A stretch of DNA of 27,180 nt. Origin: a candidate division WOR-3 bacterium (GTDB lineage Bacteria > Hydrothermota > Tepidihabitantia > Tepidihabitantales > Tepidihabitantaceae). Under the pieces are notes generated by a model. The model ran no database searches and was not told the origin of the DNA. It saw only the letters and a program-made list of their open reading frames with translations. The first letter of the stretch is position 1. Each line of letters opens with the position of its first letter. Both the position numbers and the translations under genes were made by a program. Shown piece after piece: positions 8,638-16,904 of this stretch. The stretch covers positions 1 to 27,180 of the forward strand of contig CBFGKH010000016.1 in NCBI GenBank assembly GCA_965649295.1, given 5' to 3'.

Positions 8638-10431
8638 TCACTCCTGATAGAGTCGCTGCAGTTCTGCTTCGTAGGCAAGTGCCACCTGGGGCCGGCGCAG
8701 TTTCAGACTCGGCGTCAGCAGCCCGTTCTCAACCGTGAACGGCTCGGGGATGAGCCGAAAGTTCCGCACCTGCTCATACTGGGCAAAGCCGGTCAGAGCC
8801 GCATCAATCTCCCGGCGATACAGCTCTCTGACTTCTGGCCTGTCAAGCAGGTCCGCCGTGTCCGCAAAGTTCAGCCCATGCTGCCGGCCAAACTTCTCCA
8901 GCGCCAGCCGACTAGGAACAATCAGGGCTACGAGATAGGGCCGACGGTCGCCCCAAACCATTGCCTGTTCGATGTACTCTGAAGAACAGAGTGCCTGTTC
9001 GATCGGCACCGGCGCGATATTCTTGCCGTAGGAGTTGACGATTATCTCCTTGATGCGACCGGTGATGATGAGGTTGCCCTCGGCATCAAATCGTCCCTGG
9101 TCACCGGTATGGAACCAGCCGTCAGCGTCAATCGCCCGAGCGGTCTCCTCGGGTTTGTTCAGATAGCCCTTCATCAGATTCGGGCCACGCACCAGCACCT
9201 CGTCATCCGGCCCAATCCGAACCTCGACGCCTTCAAACGGCTTGCCGACTGTGCCGACCCGTTCCTGACCCGGGACCGCAGCGCAGACCACCGGCGATGT
9301 CTCGGTCAGTCCGTAGCCCTCCAGCAAATTGAAACCAAGCGAGCGGATGATACGGGCAAGCCGACGGTCAAGGGGTGCTCCACCCGAGACAATCAACCGC
9401 AACCGGCCACCGCCCAGCGCCACCAGCTTACGCACGACCAGTCGGCCCAGCAGCCAGTGCTTCAGTCGTAGGCCAAGCCCAATTGACTGGCCGTGGGACC
9501 GGAGCTGAGCGTAGCGGCCATAAGTCCGCAACGTGGCAATCATCAACCGCCGATTGAGCGCCGGGCCGGCCAATACTCGCTCCTGTACCGCCGAATAAAC
9601 CTTCTCCAACACCCGCGGCACGACAATCATCACGGTCGGCCGCACCGCCCGGACGTCAGCAGCAACCGTCTGCACCGACTCAGCATAGGCAATCGCCCCA
9701 CCGGCCAAGAGAATCGTGTAATAGCCGCAGGTGCGCTCAAACATGTGACAGAGGGGGAGAAAAGAGACCAAGACATCGTTCTCGTTGATACCGAAGAGTT
9801 TGATGGCCGGCCAGACGTTGGAAAGGATGTTACGGTGGGTGAGCATCGCGCCCTTGGGCTCGCCGGTCGTTCCCGAAGTATAGACCACTGTCAATAGGTC
9901 ATCTGGCGCTGACTCATGGGGCTGGCCCAGGTTCGGGTTTTGGCGCAGGGCAGCAGCGCCCTCGGCCCGCAAACTCTCAAACGAGAAAAGCCCCTTGCCA
10001 AGTTCACTTTGCGACTCTTTGTTGAATAGTGTAATGACGTCGGTAAGCAGCGGCAGGTCCTTCATCACGCCGGCGACATTGGCAAAGAGCTCTGGTGACT
10101 CGACGACGAGCTGTCGGACCGCCGCATCCTGGAGAATGTAGCGTACCGAGTCAGCCGGCAACGTGTGGTAAACTGGCACCAGCACCGCGCCGAGTTTGGC
10201 CACGGCGAGGTCGGTTACGACCCATTCTGGTCGGTTGTAGGAGTAGATGGCGATGCGGTCGCCAGGCCGGGCACCGCGAGCGGCGAGGCCAGCGGCAACC
10301 TCATCAATTGCCTGCGCCAGTTGCCGGTAACTGATGCCGACGTATTGACCAGCGATTTTCTGCATCAGGGCAGTCCGATCAGGAAAGCGCTGGACCGTCT
10401 CAAGAAACGAGGCGTAGATAGTTGCTGCCAT
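8638..10431 (-). CDS. Long-chain-fatty-acid--CoA ligase (AMP-dependent synthetase, FAA1/FadD15-like)
   Basis: YTSGTTGEPKG; EGYGLTETSP; GWFHTGDQG; ITGRIKE; LLTPSLKLRR. Confidence 0.93.
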   Translation of the reverse strand: MAATIYASFLETVQRFPDRTALMQKIAGQYVGISYRQLAQAIDEVAAGLAARGARPGDRIAIYSYNRPEWVVTDLAVAKLGAVLVPVYHTLPADSVRYILQDAAVRQLVVESPELFANVAGVMKDLPLLTDVITLFNKESQSELGKGLFSFESLRAEGAAALRQNPNLGQPHESAPDDLLTVVYTSGTTGEPKGAMLTHRNILSNVWPAIKLFGINENDVLVSFLPLCHMFERTCGYYTILLAGGAIAYAESVQTVAADVRAVRPTVMIVVPRVLEKVYSAVQERVLAGPALNRRLMIATLRTYGRYAQLRSHGQSIGLGLRLKHWLLGRLVVRKLVALGGGRLRLIVSGGAPLDRRLARIIRSLGFNLLEGYGLTETSPVVCAAVPGQERVGTVGKPFEGVEVRIGPDDEVLVRGPNLMKGYLNKPEETARAIDADGWFHTGDQGRFDAEGNLIITGRIKEIIVNSYGKNIAPVPIEQALCSSEYIEQAMVWGDRRPYLVALIVPSRLALEKFGRQHGLNFADTADLLDRPEVRELYRREIDAALTGFAQYEQVRNFRLIPEPFTVENGLLTPSLKLRRPQVALAYEAELQRLYQE

Positions 10432-11616
10432 CTAGATAACCCTCAACTCCCGGCCTGCGAGCCGGAACTTCTCGACTGCCCGGTCAAGGTGCTCCTCGGT
10501 ATGCGTCGCCATCAGGCTGATGCGGATGATTGCCTTGCCATGGGGAACAGCCGGGAAGACAACCGGATTGGCGAAGACACCCTCCTGTTCGAGCCGGCCC
10601 GCAAACTGATAGGCCTTGTCGTCGTCGTGAATGGCAATCGGCAGAATCGGCGTGCCATGACTATGAACTTCGAAACCACTGGCGCGGAGCTGCTCTGCCA
10701 TGTAGCGGGCATGTTGACGCAGCCGCTCAACAAGCTCGGGATTGGCTTCAAGAACATCCAGCGCCGCAATAACCGTCGCTGGTACCGAAGGCGGCAGGCT
10801 GGCCGAGAATATTGATTGACGAGCATTGTAGCGGATGTAGTCAGTGACCGGCCGAGCCGCAGCGGTGAAACCACCGATGGCAGCTAGGGACTTGGAAAGG
10901 GTCCCGGCAGTCAAGTCCACTTTGCCTTCCATTCCGAAGTGCTCGGCAGTGCCACGGCCAGTCCTTCCCAAGACACCGGTCGCATGAGCATCATCAATCA
11001 TCAAACGGGCATTGTAGGTATCGGCCAGCCGGCGCAGAGCCGGCAGGTCGCAGATGTCGCCCTCCATTGAGAAGACACCATCGGTCACGATCAACTTGGC
11101 CGCTTCAATCGGCACCTGCCTCAGCTTCGCCTCAAGGTCGGTCGGGTCGTTGTGCCGATAGACGACGGTCTGAGCGCGGGAACGACGGCAGCCGTCAATG
11201 ATTGAGGCGTGGTTCAGCTCGTCCGAGAAGATGAACTCGCCCTCGTCAGCGATGGTGCTGACCGTGGCGGCAAGGGCCATGAACCCGGTCGAGAATGTGA
11301 CCGCTGATTCGGCGCCTTTGAAGGCTGCCAGCCGTCGCTCCATCTCCAGGTGCAGTGGAGTTGTGCCGGTAAGCAGGCGCGAACCAGCGCTACCGGTGCC
11401 AAACCGCTCGATCGCCTCCTGTGCTGCGGCCTTGACCGCAGGATGCCCGGTCAGACCAAGGTAGTTGTTGGAACCGAGGTTGATAAGTTCACGGCCATCC
11501 CGGATCGTTACCGGTGCGGCTGCCGGCTCAATGGCACGGGAATAGAAGAACCGATTCTGAGCTCGGACGAGGCTGAGTAATTGATTGAATTTTTCGCACT
11601 TGGCAAAAAGGTCCAA
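10432..11616 (-). CDS. PLP-dependent alpha-oxoamine synthase, serine palmitoyltransferase-like (BioF/Kbl/SPT family)
   Basis: GSNNYLGL; GSRLLTGT; NHASIIDG; DGVFSMEGD; DDAH; GTLSKSLAAIGG (PLP lysine). TTG start with SD GGAGG. Subfamily assignment is inference. Confidence 0.9.
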   Translation of the reverse strand: MDLFAKCEKFNQLLSLVRAQNRFFYSRAIEPAAAPVTIRDGRELINLGSNNYLGLTGHPAVKAAAQEAIERFGTGSAGSRLLTGTTPLHLEMERRLAAFKGAESAVTFSTGFMALAATVSTIADEGEFIFSDELNHASIIDGCRRSRAQTVVYRHNDPTDLEAKLRQVPIEAAKLIVTDGVFSMEGDICDLPALRRLADTYNARLMIDDAHATGVLGRTGRGTAEHFGMEGKVDLTAGTLSKSLAAIGGFTAAARPVTDYIRYNARQSIFSASLPPSVPATVIAALDVLEANPELVERLRQHARYMAEQLRASGFEVHSHGTPILPIAIHDDDKAYQFAGRLEQEGVFANPVVFPAVPHGKAIIRISLMATHTEEHLDRAVEKFRLAGRELRVI

Positions 11617-11651
11617 TGGTCCTCCGTGACGGTAGCGGTCTCCTCAGCCGG

Positions 11652-11680
11652 ATTATAACGGGAGGTCCATGGCAGCGCAA
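11652..11680 (-). promoter_or_regulatory. sigma70 promoter of the SPT-like operon
   Basis: TTGCGC, 17 nt, TATAAT on the minus strand. Confidence 0.65.
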
Positions 11681-11744
11681 GAAAGGAATAGTCGGCCATT
11701 CCCAATGGTAACTAGGCCGATGCAAGCCGGAGATTGCCAGAAAC

Positions 11745-11772
11745 TTGACAGCCGCAACTTCAGTCCTACAAT
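11745..11772 (+). promoter_or_regulatory. sigma70 promoter of the lipoprotein cluster
   Basis: TTGACA, 16 nt, TACAAT. Confidence 0.75.
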
Positions 11773-11774
11773 TA

Positions 11775-11911
11775 GGCGCGAGTCGCCAATGGCGATACTC
11801 CAAGCGCCCATAATTGATTGTTTACCGAGGTCCGGACTGCCGGTAAGCGGCCAGCAGTCCGGGCCAAAAGTGGTTAGTCAAGCCCACGGTCACAAGACCG
11901 TGGAGAGGAGG
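11775..11911 (+). promoter_or_regulatory. Structured 5' leader (three hairpins ending at the SD)
   Basis: Stems 11775-11808, 11829-11840/11854-11865 (12 bp), 11884-11891/11896-11903 (8 bp), then AGAGGAGG. Confidence 0.5.
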
Positions 11912-11916
11912 AAGAT

Positions 11917-12207
11917 GTGAGAGTAGCTGTGGCCGCTCTGGCACTGCTCGCCGTCGTGTTCGTGGTGGGCTGCCAGGATACCAAGAAGGTGACCGAACTG
12001 CAGGGTCAGCTCGACAAGGCGAATCAGCAGATTAGCGACCTTGAGACGCAGGTGCAGACCCTGACTGCAACCAAGGATTCGCTGGTCAAAGTCATCGCCG
12101 ACATGGAAGCCAAGGCTGCCGCAAAGGGCGGCAGCAAGATGCCGGCGCCGACGAAGAAGACCGGCGGCACTACCGGTGGCGGATTGCAGGCCCCAGTCAA
12201 GAAGTAG
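11917..12207 (+). CDS. Small coiled-coil lipoprotein
   Basis: SD GAGGAGG; lipobox VVGC; heptad stretch VTELQGQLDKANQQISDLETQVQTL; Lys/Gly/Pro-rich tail. Confidence 0.85.
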   Translation: MRVAVAALALLAVVFVVGCQDTKKVTELQGQLDKANQQISDLETQVQTLTATKDSLVKVIADMEAKAAAKGGSKMPAPTKKTGGTTGGGLQAPVKK

Positions 12208-12240
12208 GCTCTGGTTTTCAACCTAAGGAGGAACAGGGAC

Positions 12241-13002
12241 ATGAAGAGACTTGCACTACTGGCCGCACTCGCCGTTCTCATTATCGGCGCGGGCTGCGAT
12301 ATTGTCGGCACGCTCGACAGGCCGACCGTAACCGCGACCGCGATTGATAACGGTGCCAAGCTGCGCCTGACTTGGACTGCTGTCCTCGACGCAACCGGCT
12401 ACGAAATCAAGGCCGGCGATTCAACCTGGACGACAACTCTCTATGCCTTCGATGTCGCTATTCCGGTTAAGAGAATTGAAGTTCGGGCGACGAACGGTGA
12501 CACCAAGAGCGAACCAGCAGTCATTGACTGCGGCGTCGTTGAGACAACGAGCTTCGAGGTTTACGGTATCAGCGATCCCGACACTACCCACCGCAGCGGC
12601 TTCGGTTTCGATGCCAACGGCAACGCGATTAGCTATTCGCTCACCTCGGGCAACTATCCGAGCATTGACTTCTACCTTGAGGACGTACAACTGCCGATGA
12701 GCCTGGTCAATGCCGGTGTCGGTGGCCGGGGCTGGAACGCCAAGGGCAATGCCTCCAAGGATGCCGGTATCACGAACTATGATAACCTGAAGATTGCTGA
12801 CGCTCCGGGCACTGGCTATTCGACTCAGACTCAGCTTGCTCAGGGCGGCCTTTACTCGCTCTGGCTCGACCCGACCAACGACGGGTGGACTGCTGCTGAC
12901 GACCACTTTGCCAAGCTGTCGGTCATCTCGATTCAGGGTGCCAAGGTTACCTGCAAGATCGGGTATCAGAAGATACCAGGTCTGCGCTGGCTCGTGAACT
13001 AG
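12241..13002 (+). CDS. Lipoprotein of unknown function, paralog 1 (FN3-like N-domain plus beta-rich C-domain)
   Basis: SD TAAGGAGG; lipobox GAGC; motifs SGFGFD, IDFYLED, HFAKLSV, YQKIPGLR. Confidence 0.9.
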   Translation: MKRLALLAALAVLIIGAGCDIVGTLDRPTVTATAIDNGAKLRLTWTAVLDATGYEIKAGDSTWTTTLYAFDVAIPVKRIEVRATNGDTKSEPAVIDCGVVETTSFEVYGISDPDTTHRSGFGFDANGNAISYSLTSGNYPSIDFYLEDVQLPMSLVNAGVGGRGWNAKGNASKDAGITNYDNLKIADAPGTGYSTQTQLAQGGLYSLWLDPTNDGWTAADDHFAKLSVISIQGAKVTCKIGYQKIPGLRWLVN

Positions 13003-13020
13003 GTTCAGTAGCCAACGATT

Positions 13021-13054
13021 CTGCCGGGGAGCCACGCGGCTCCCCGGCAGTTTT
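13021..13054 (+). terminator. Rho-independent terminator
   Basis: CTGCCGGGGAGCC-acgc-GGCTCCCCGGCAG followed by TTTT. Confidence 0.85.
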
Positions 13055-13069
13055 GCTCAGGGTGCCAGC

Positions 13070-13098
13070 TTGACAGTCAGTACCACCGCTAGTAGCCT
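13070..13098 (+). promoter_or_regulatory. Possible sigma70 promoter for paralogs 2-3
   Basis: TTGACA, 17 nt, TAGCCT. Confidence 0.45.
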
Positions 13099-13137
13099 GA
13101 CACTGTCTAGAACAGACGGTCAATCAAGGAGTCTCCA

Positions 13138-14001
13138 ATGAGTCGCCATATGCTTGTAGCCGGACCGGCACTGGTGCTATTCTCGATTCTGGTTTTGATG
13201 GCTGGTTGCACGCCGCTAGGCGGGCCACCGCTCGAAGTCAAAATCGCGGCTGAGTCAGACTCAACAGTGGCAATAACCTGGTCGGTGCCAGCCGAAGGAA
13301 CTGCTGATTCCTACCTCGTCTATTTCCAAGCGGTACGCGATTCAGGTTTCACCCTCATTGCCGAGACGACCGGTACCGCTTTTGTTCACAATCCCCACGG
13401 TGTGACCGGCAGGTACAAAGTCGGCGCCAAGTATGGGAATACAGTCTATGAGTCGAAGGACACAACTCTCTCGACCGTGCCGGTGCACAGTGACACGATG
13501 ACTCTCTTTGAGCTGAACGCCGATTCGAGCAAGTCCGGTTACGGCTGGGATACGTTGACCGGTAAGGCCAGCCGCTTTTCGATGGTTGATTCAGCTAACG
13601 CCGCGCTGGTTGACTTCTATGTTTCTGACCTACGCAGAGGCCGCGGCCAACTGCCGTATGTCCTCATTAGTCCTAATGTGGCTCGCACCAAGGACTCCGG
13701 TGCGGTCGGCATCGTTCCTCAAGCAAACTGGCGCGTCAACGGACTGCACACGCCAATCGGTTCTGGATATGAGCACGAACCGGTTCCGCGTTACGACTCG
13801 CTACCGCCGAACTACTACGATTTCATGGAGCTACCGCTGCCTCAGCCGAACCTGGTTCCGCTCTATACGAACATGAACCGAACCGAAGACAAACGTCACT
13901 ATGCGTTGGTCAAGGTTCACAGCGTTGACACCCTGACCGGAGCGGTGGTTGTCGAGTCGTGGTTTCAGCGCGTCCCACGGCTACGGCTGATGAAACACTA
14001 G
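13138..14001 (+). CDS. Lipoprotein of unknown function, paralog 2
   Basis: SD AAGGAG; lipobox MAGC; motifs SGYGWD, VDFYVSD, HYALVKV, WFQRVPRLR. Confidence 0.88.
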   Translation: MSRHMLVAGPALVLFSILVLMAGCTPLGGPPLEVKIAAESDSTVAITWSVPAEGTADSYLVYFQAVRDSGFTLIAETTGTAFVHNPHGVTGRYKVGAKYGNTVYESKDTTLSTVPVHSDTMTLFELNADSSKSGYGWDTLTGKASRFSMVDSANAALVDFYVSDLRRGRGQLPYVLISPNVARTKDSGAVGIVPQANWRVNGLHTPIGSGYEHEPVPRYDSLPPNYYDFMELPLPQPNLVPLYTNMNRTEDKRHYALVKVHSVDTLTGAVVVESWFQRVPRLRLMKH

Positions 14002-14011
14002 TTCGGCAACA

Positions 14012-14842
14012 ATGGCAGCATCCAGACAATTGACTCCTTTCTTTGCCGTCGCAGTTGCGGCAGGGCTGCTTATCGTCGGAGCCCTGACGTGTGACAATGT
14101 CAATCCGCGCGCACCCAGGGACCTAACCGTAGCTGCGGCAACCGACAGCACGGTGCTACTGAGTTGGGTTGAGCCGGCTGAGGGCACGCCTGACGCCTAT
14201 CTTATCTACTTCCGGCCAGTGAACGACAGTCTGTTCGGTCTCGTTGCCGAAACCACTGGTCAACGTTTCGAGCACCAGCCGCTGGGCCGCACTGGTCGCT
14301 ATCGGGTTGCCGCTCGCTTTGGCAGCACCAGCTATGCGGCCGAGCACGAGCCTTCGACAGTGCCGGTCGGTTCTGGGCTGGTTGCGGTGGCTGAGCTGGA
14401 CGGTCAAGGCAATTCTGGTTATGGCTGGGATCGGGCATCGGGCCGAGGCCGCACCTTTTCGATGCGCCGGTCAGAGAGCAGCAGTGGGGTTGACTTCTAT
14501 GTGACCGATTTCAAGCCGGCTGCTCTGCCGGAATTGCCCTATGCTGTCGCCAGTCCGACAATGGGGCCGGCTGACGCGGCTGGGGTCGTACCGGTTGCTT
14601 CTTGGCGCCGCACGCGGTTTACCGATCCGCTTGATGATGAACATACTCCCCTGCCGCCTGTCTCCCTGCCGGTCTATTACAACTACTCGGACATCAGCCG
14701 ACTTCCGTGCTGCATCGGCTGTTTCACTGCCGACAGCCACTACGCACTAATCAAGGTCCTGCAGGTTGATTCAACCAATCGCTGGGCCAGGCTTCAGACC
14801 TGGTTCTCACCGATCAAGGGTCTGCGCCTACTAAGTCACTGA
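14012..14842 (+). CDS. Lipoprotein of unknown function, paralog 3
   Basis: Hydrophobic signal ending ALTC; DSTVLLSWVEPAEGT, SGYGWD, VDFYVTD, HYALIKV, WFSPIKGLR. Confidence 0.88.
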   Translation: MAASRQLTPFFAVAVAAGLLIVGALTCDNVNPRAPRDLTVAAATDSTVLLSWVEPAEGTPDAYLIYFRPVNDSLFGLVAETTGQRFEHQPLGRTGRYRVAARFGSTSYAAEHEPSTVPVGSGLVAVAELDGQGNSGYGWDRASGRGRTFSMRRSESSSGVDFYVTDFKPAALPELPYAVASPTMGPADAAGVVPVASWRRTRFTDPLDDEHTPLPPVSLPVYYNYSDISRLPCCIGCFTADSHYALIKVLQVDSTNRWARLQTWFSPIKGLRLLSH

Positions 14843-15711
14843 TTGGACTGCTGCTGGTTCTACTCGGTCAGGCGCCGCCTGGCCGCGAGTTCACTCTCAC
14901 GGTACAGCACGATGGTCTTGTGCGCCGGGCGGTGATACGGTTACCGGCCAGGGCTGACAGTCTTCATCCCCTGCTGCTCGTGCTTCATGGCCGCGGCGGC
15001 TCTGCCGGTTCAATTGGGCGGCTCACCGGCTTCGCTCGGCCGGCCGATTCTGCCGGCTTCATTCTTGCCTATCCGGAAGGAGTGAACCGGCGCTGGAACG
15101 ACGGTCGGATTAGAAACGGGCCTGATGACGTTGGTTTTCTCACCAAGCTGGTTGACCGACTGATTGCCGGTTACCGTGCTGACCCGAACCGGGTGTATGC
15201 GACCGGAATGTCGAATGGGGCGGTGATGTGCTATTGGCTGGCCTGTGCGGCGACCAGAATGCTGGCTGCAGTTGCGCCAGTGGCCGGGGCGATGCCGCGC
15301 TCGGCTTTTGAGCACTGCCGTCCTCAGCAGGCGGTGCCGTTGCTCGCTATCAACGGAACTGCTGACCCGCTGGTCGGCTATGGCGGTGGCCGTACTCTTG
15401 CTCCGGTGCGCAAGACAGTCGAGTTCTGGGCTGGGGTGAACGGTTGCAATCCTCGGCCGGAGACTATCCCGCTACCTGACCGGGACGCAAGCGACAGCAC
15501 AACTGTCCTAATTGAACGCTGGAGCGGTGAGTCGTCAGTGGAGGTCTTGCTCTACACAATTCAGGGCGGCGGCCACACTTGGCCCGGCGGTCGGTCTCGG
15601 CCTCGCCGATTTGGCCGCACCAGCCTTGACCTTGATGCGACGAGGACGGTTCTTGCGTTCTGTAGCCGGCACCGGCGGCAACGCGTTGATTCCCCCTCGG
15701 AGTCGAAATGA
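14839..15711 (+). CDS. LpqC / PHB-depolymerase family alpha/beta esterase
   Basis: LLVLHGRGG oxyanion region; ATGMSNGA nucleophile; INGTADP; GGGHTWPGG. Start uncertain: CTG 14839 (CTGA overlap, adds a hydrophobic leader) versus GTG 14920 in the track. Confidence 0.88.
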   Translation: MIGLLLVLLGQAPPGREFTLTVQHDGLVRRAVIRLPARADSLHPLLLVLHGRGGSAGSIGRLTGFARPADSAGFILAYPEGVNRRWNDGRIRNGPDDVGFLTKLVDRLIAGYRADPNRVYATGMSNGAVMCYWLACAATRMLAAVAPVAGAMPRSAFEHCRPQQAVPLLAINGTADPLVGYGGGRTLAPVRKTVEFWAGVNGCNPRPETIPLPDRDASDSTTVLIERWSGESSVEVLLYTIQGGGHTWPGGRSRPRRFGRTSLDLDATRTVLAFCSRHRRQRVDSPSESK

Positions 15712-15810
15712 CGCGGCGCTTTGCTATTCCAAAGAACGTAGCGACAGCAGACCGCCTCAGCCTAAGCTGGCAGCCCATTGCGATTGTCAGACGAAGGAGG
15801 CCTGGTAGCA

Positions 15811-16332
15811 ATGCGACCGATGACGCATGATGACTGGCGCCGGACATTCGGCCAGAACGCGGTTGGTGCCTTTATTGCCTATGTGGTGATGGATGTTCTT
15901 TGTGCCGGTCTGGGTATGGGTACGCCGGCTGCCTGCATTCTACTCGGGTTTGGGGTCGGCTGGTTTGGGGCGCTGCGTGCCGAGTTTCTGCTGGGCAAGC
16001 CGGCCGCTGCTCTGCGCCGGGTAGTGCGTTACGCGGTACTGACCTCGGGGGTGACAATGGTGACAATGGCTGTTATCTGGGGGCCGCTGGTTCGATTTTT
16101 GCTCAATCCCCGTGTTGACCCTGGTTCAATGGGTCTGCCGCTCATCCTCTATGACCCGCTGGCGAGCTTTGTCGGCTGGCTGGCGCTGATGATTGTCGGT
16201 GGGCCGCTGGTGCAAATGCTCGCAACGTTGACCGGCGCCTATCTTACTTTTGCCACCCGGCTTGGTGCCGACGGTCGCACCGGCATCGGTCGCTATCTTG
16301 GGCCTTGGGCCGGCGGTCGCGAAGGAAACTAG
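15811..16332 (+). CDS. Hypothetical membrane protein (about 4 TM helices)
   Basis: SD AAGGAGG upstream of ATG 15811; several hydrophobic segments. Confidence 0.8.
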   Translation: MRPMTHDDWRRTFGQNAVGAFIAYVVMDVLCAGLGMGTPAACILLGFGVGWFGALRAEFLLGKPAAALRRVVRYAVLTSGVTMVTMAVIWGPLVRFLLNPRVDPGSMGLPLILYDPLASFVGWLALMIVGGPLVQMLATLTGAYLTFATRLGADGRTGIGRYLGPWAGGREGN

Positions 16333-16724
16333 CGCAGGCTGTCGGTAGCGGTACTCGCCGGACGCAGCCCGATCGCCGGTAACCGGAACCCAATTGTCCC
16401 GGTCAGAAGCAAGTAGGCAACTGCTGCCACTGCAGCGACAAATCCAACGGCCCCAGCCAGTCCGCCCAAGAGATTATTCAGGCGCTGCCGCCGTTCGCGA
16501 GCGAGCTGCTCGTCGTGGGCGAGCTTGTCAGCCAAGGCCTTTTGCTGCTGGGCTGCCTCGATTGCCGGCCGGCCACATTCGAGGCACAGCCGATGGGCAG
16601 AAGCAAAGCAGTTGTGGCAGACCTGCCGACCACACTGACGACACTTGTACATTGACTCGCGCCAGACAAGCACCCCGCGCGAGCAGATGTCACAAAAGAC
16701 CTGAATTACTCTTTCCTCGGCCAT
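16329..16724 (-). CDS. Hypothetical zinc-finger, coiled-coil, C-terminal TM protein
   Basis: From ATG 16724: CDIC, CRQC, CHNC, CLEC; charged helix; hydrophobic helix LLGGLAGAVGFVAAVAAVAYLLL. Confidence 0.7.
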   Translation of the reverse strand: MAEERVIQVFCDICSRGVLVWRESMYKCRQCGRQVCHNCFASAHRLCLECGRPAIEAAQQQKALADKLAHDEQLARERRQRLNNLLGGLAGAVGFVAAVAAVAYLLLTGTIGFRLPAIGLRPASTATDSLR

Positions 16725-16902
16725 TATTAGTGAGGTCTGCTGAATCGGCGGCGGCAGTTTGGCTGCCGGCCACAAGTTCGCGGATAATCTCAAAGTCGGC
16801 AGCCGGAATCCGCAGCGAGTTAGTGGTGTCGAGCGAATTCGTCCGGGTCACGCGCAGGGTGTTTTCGGAGTTGAGGATGAGACCGTGTGACCCGTTGGCC
16901 AT
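16690..16902 (-). CDS. Possible small hypothetical protein (70 aa)
   Basis: ATG 2 nt after the ATPase stop; fills the gap in the operon but overlaps the next gene by 35 nt; no recognisable motif. Confidence 0.35.
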   Translation of the reverse strand: MANGSHGLILNSENTLRVTRTNSLDTTNSLRIPAADFEIIRELVAGSQTAAADSADLTNNGRGKSNSGLL

Positions 16903-16904
16903 GA

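Noticed and set aside
11819..11865. Resemblance to SRP (4.5S) RNA (TGTTTACC...AGGTCCGG)
   Set aside because: Lacks the conserved GGAA tetraloop and AGCAG internal loop of domain IV.
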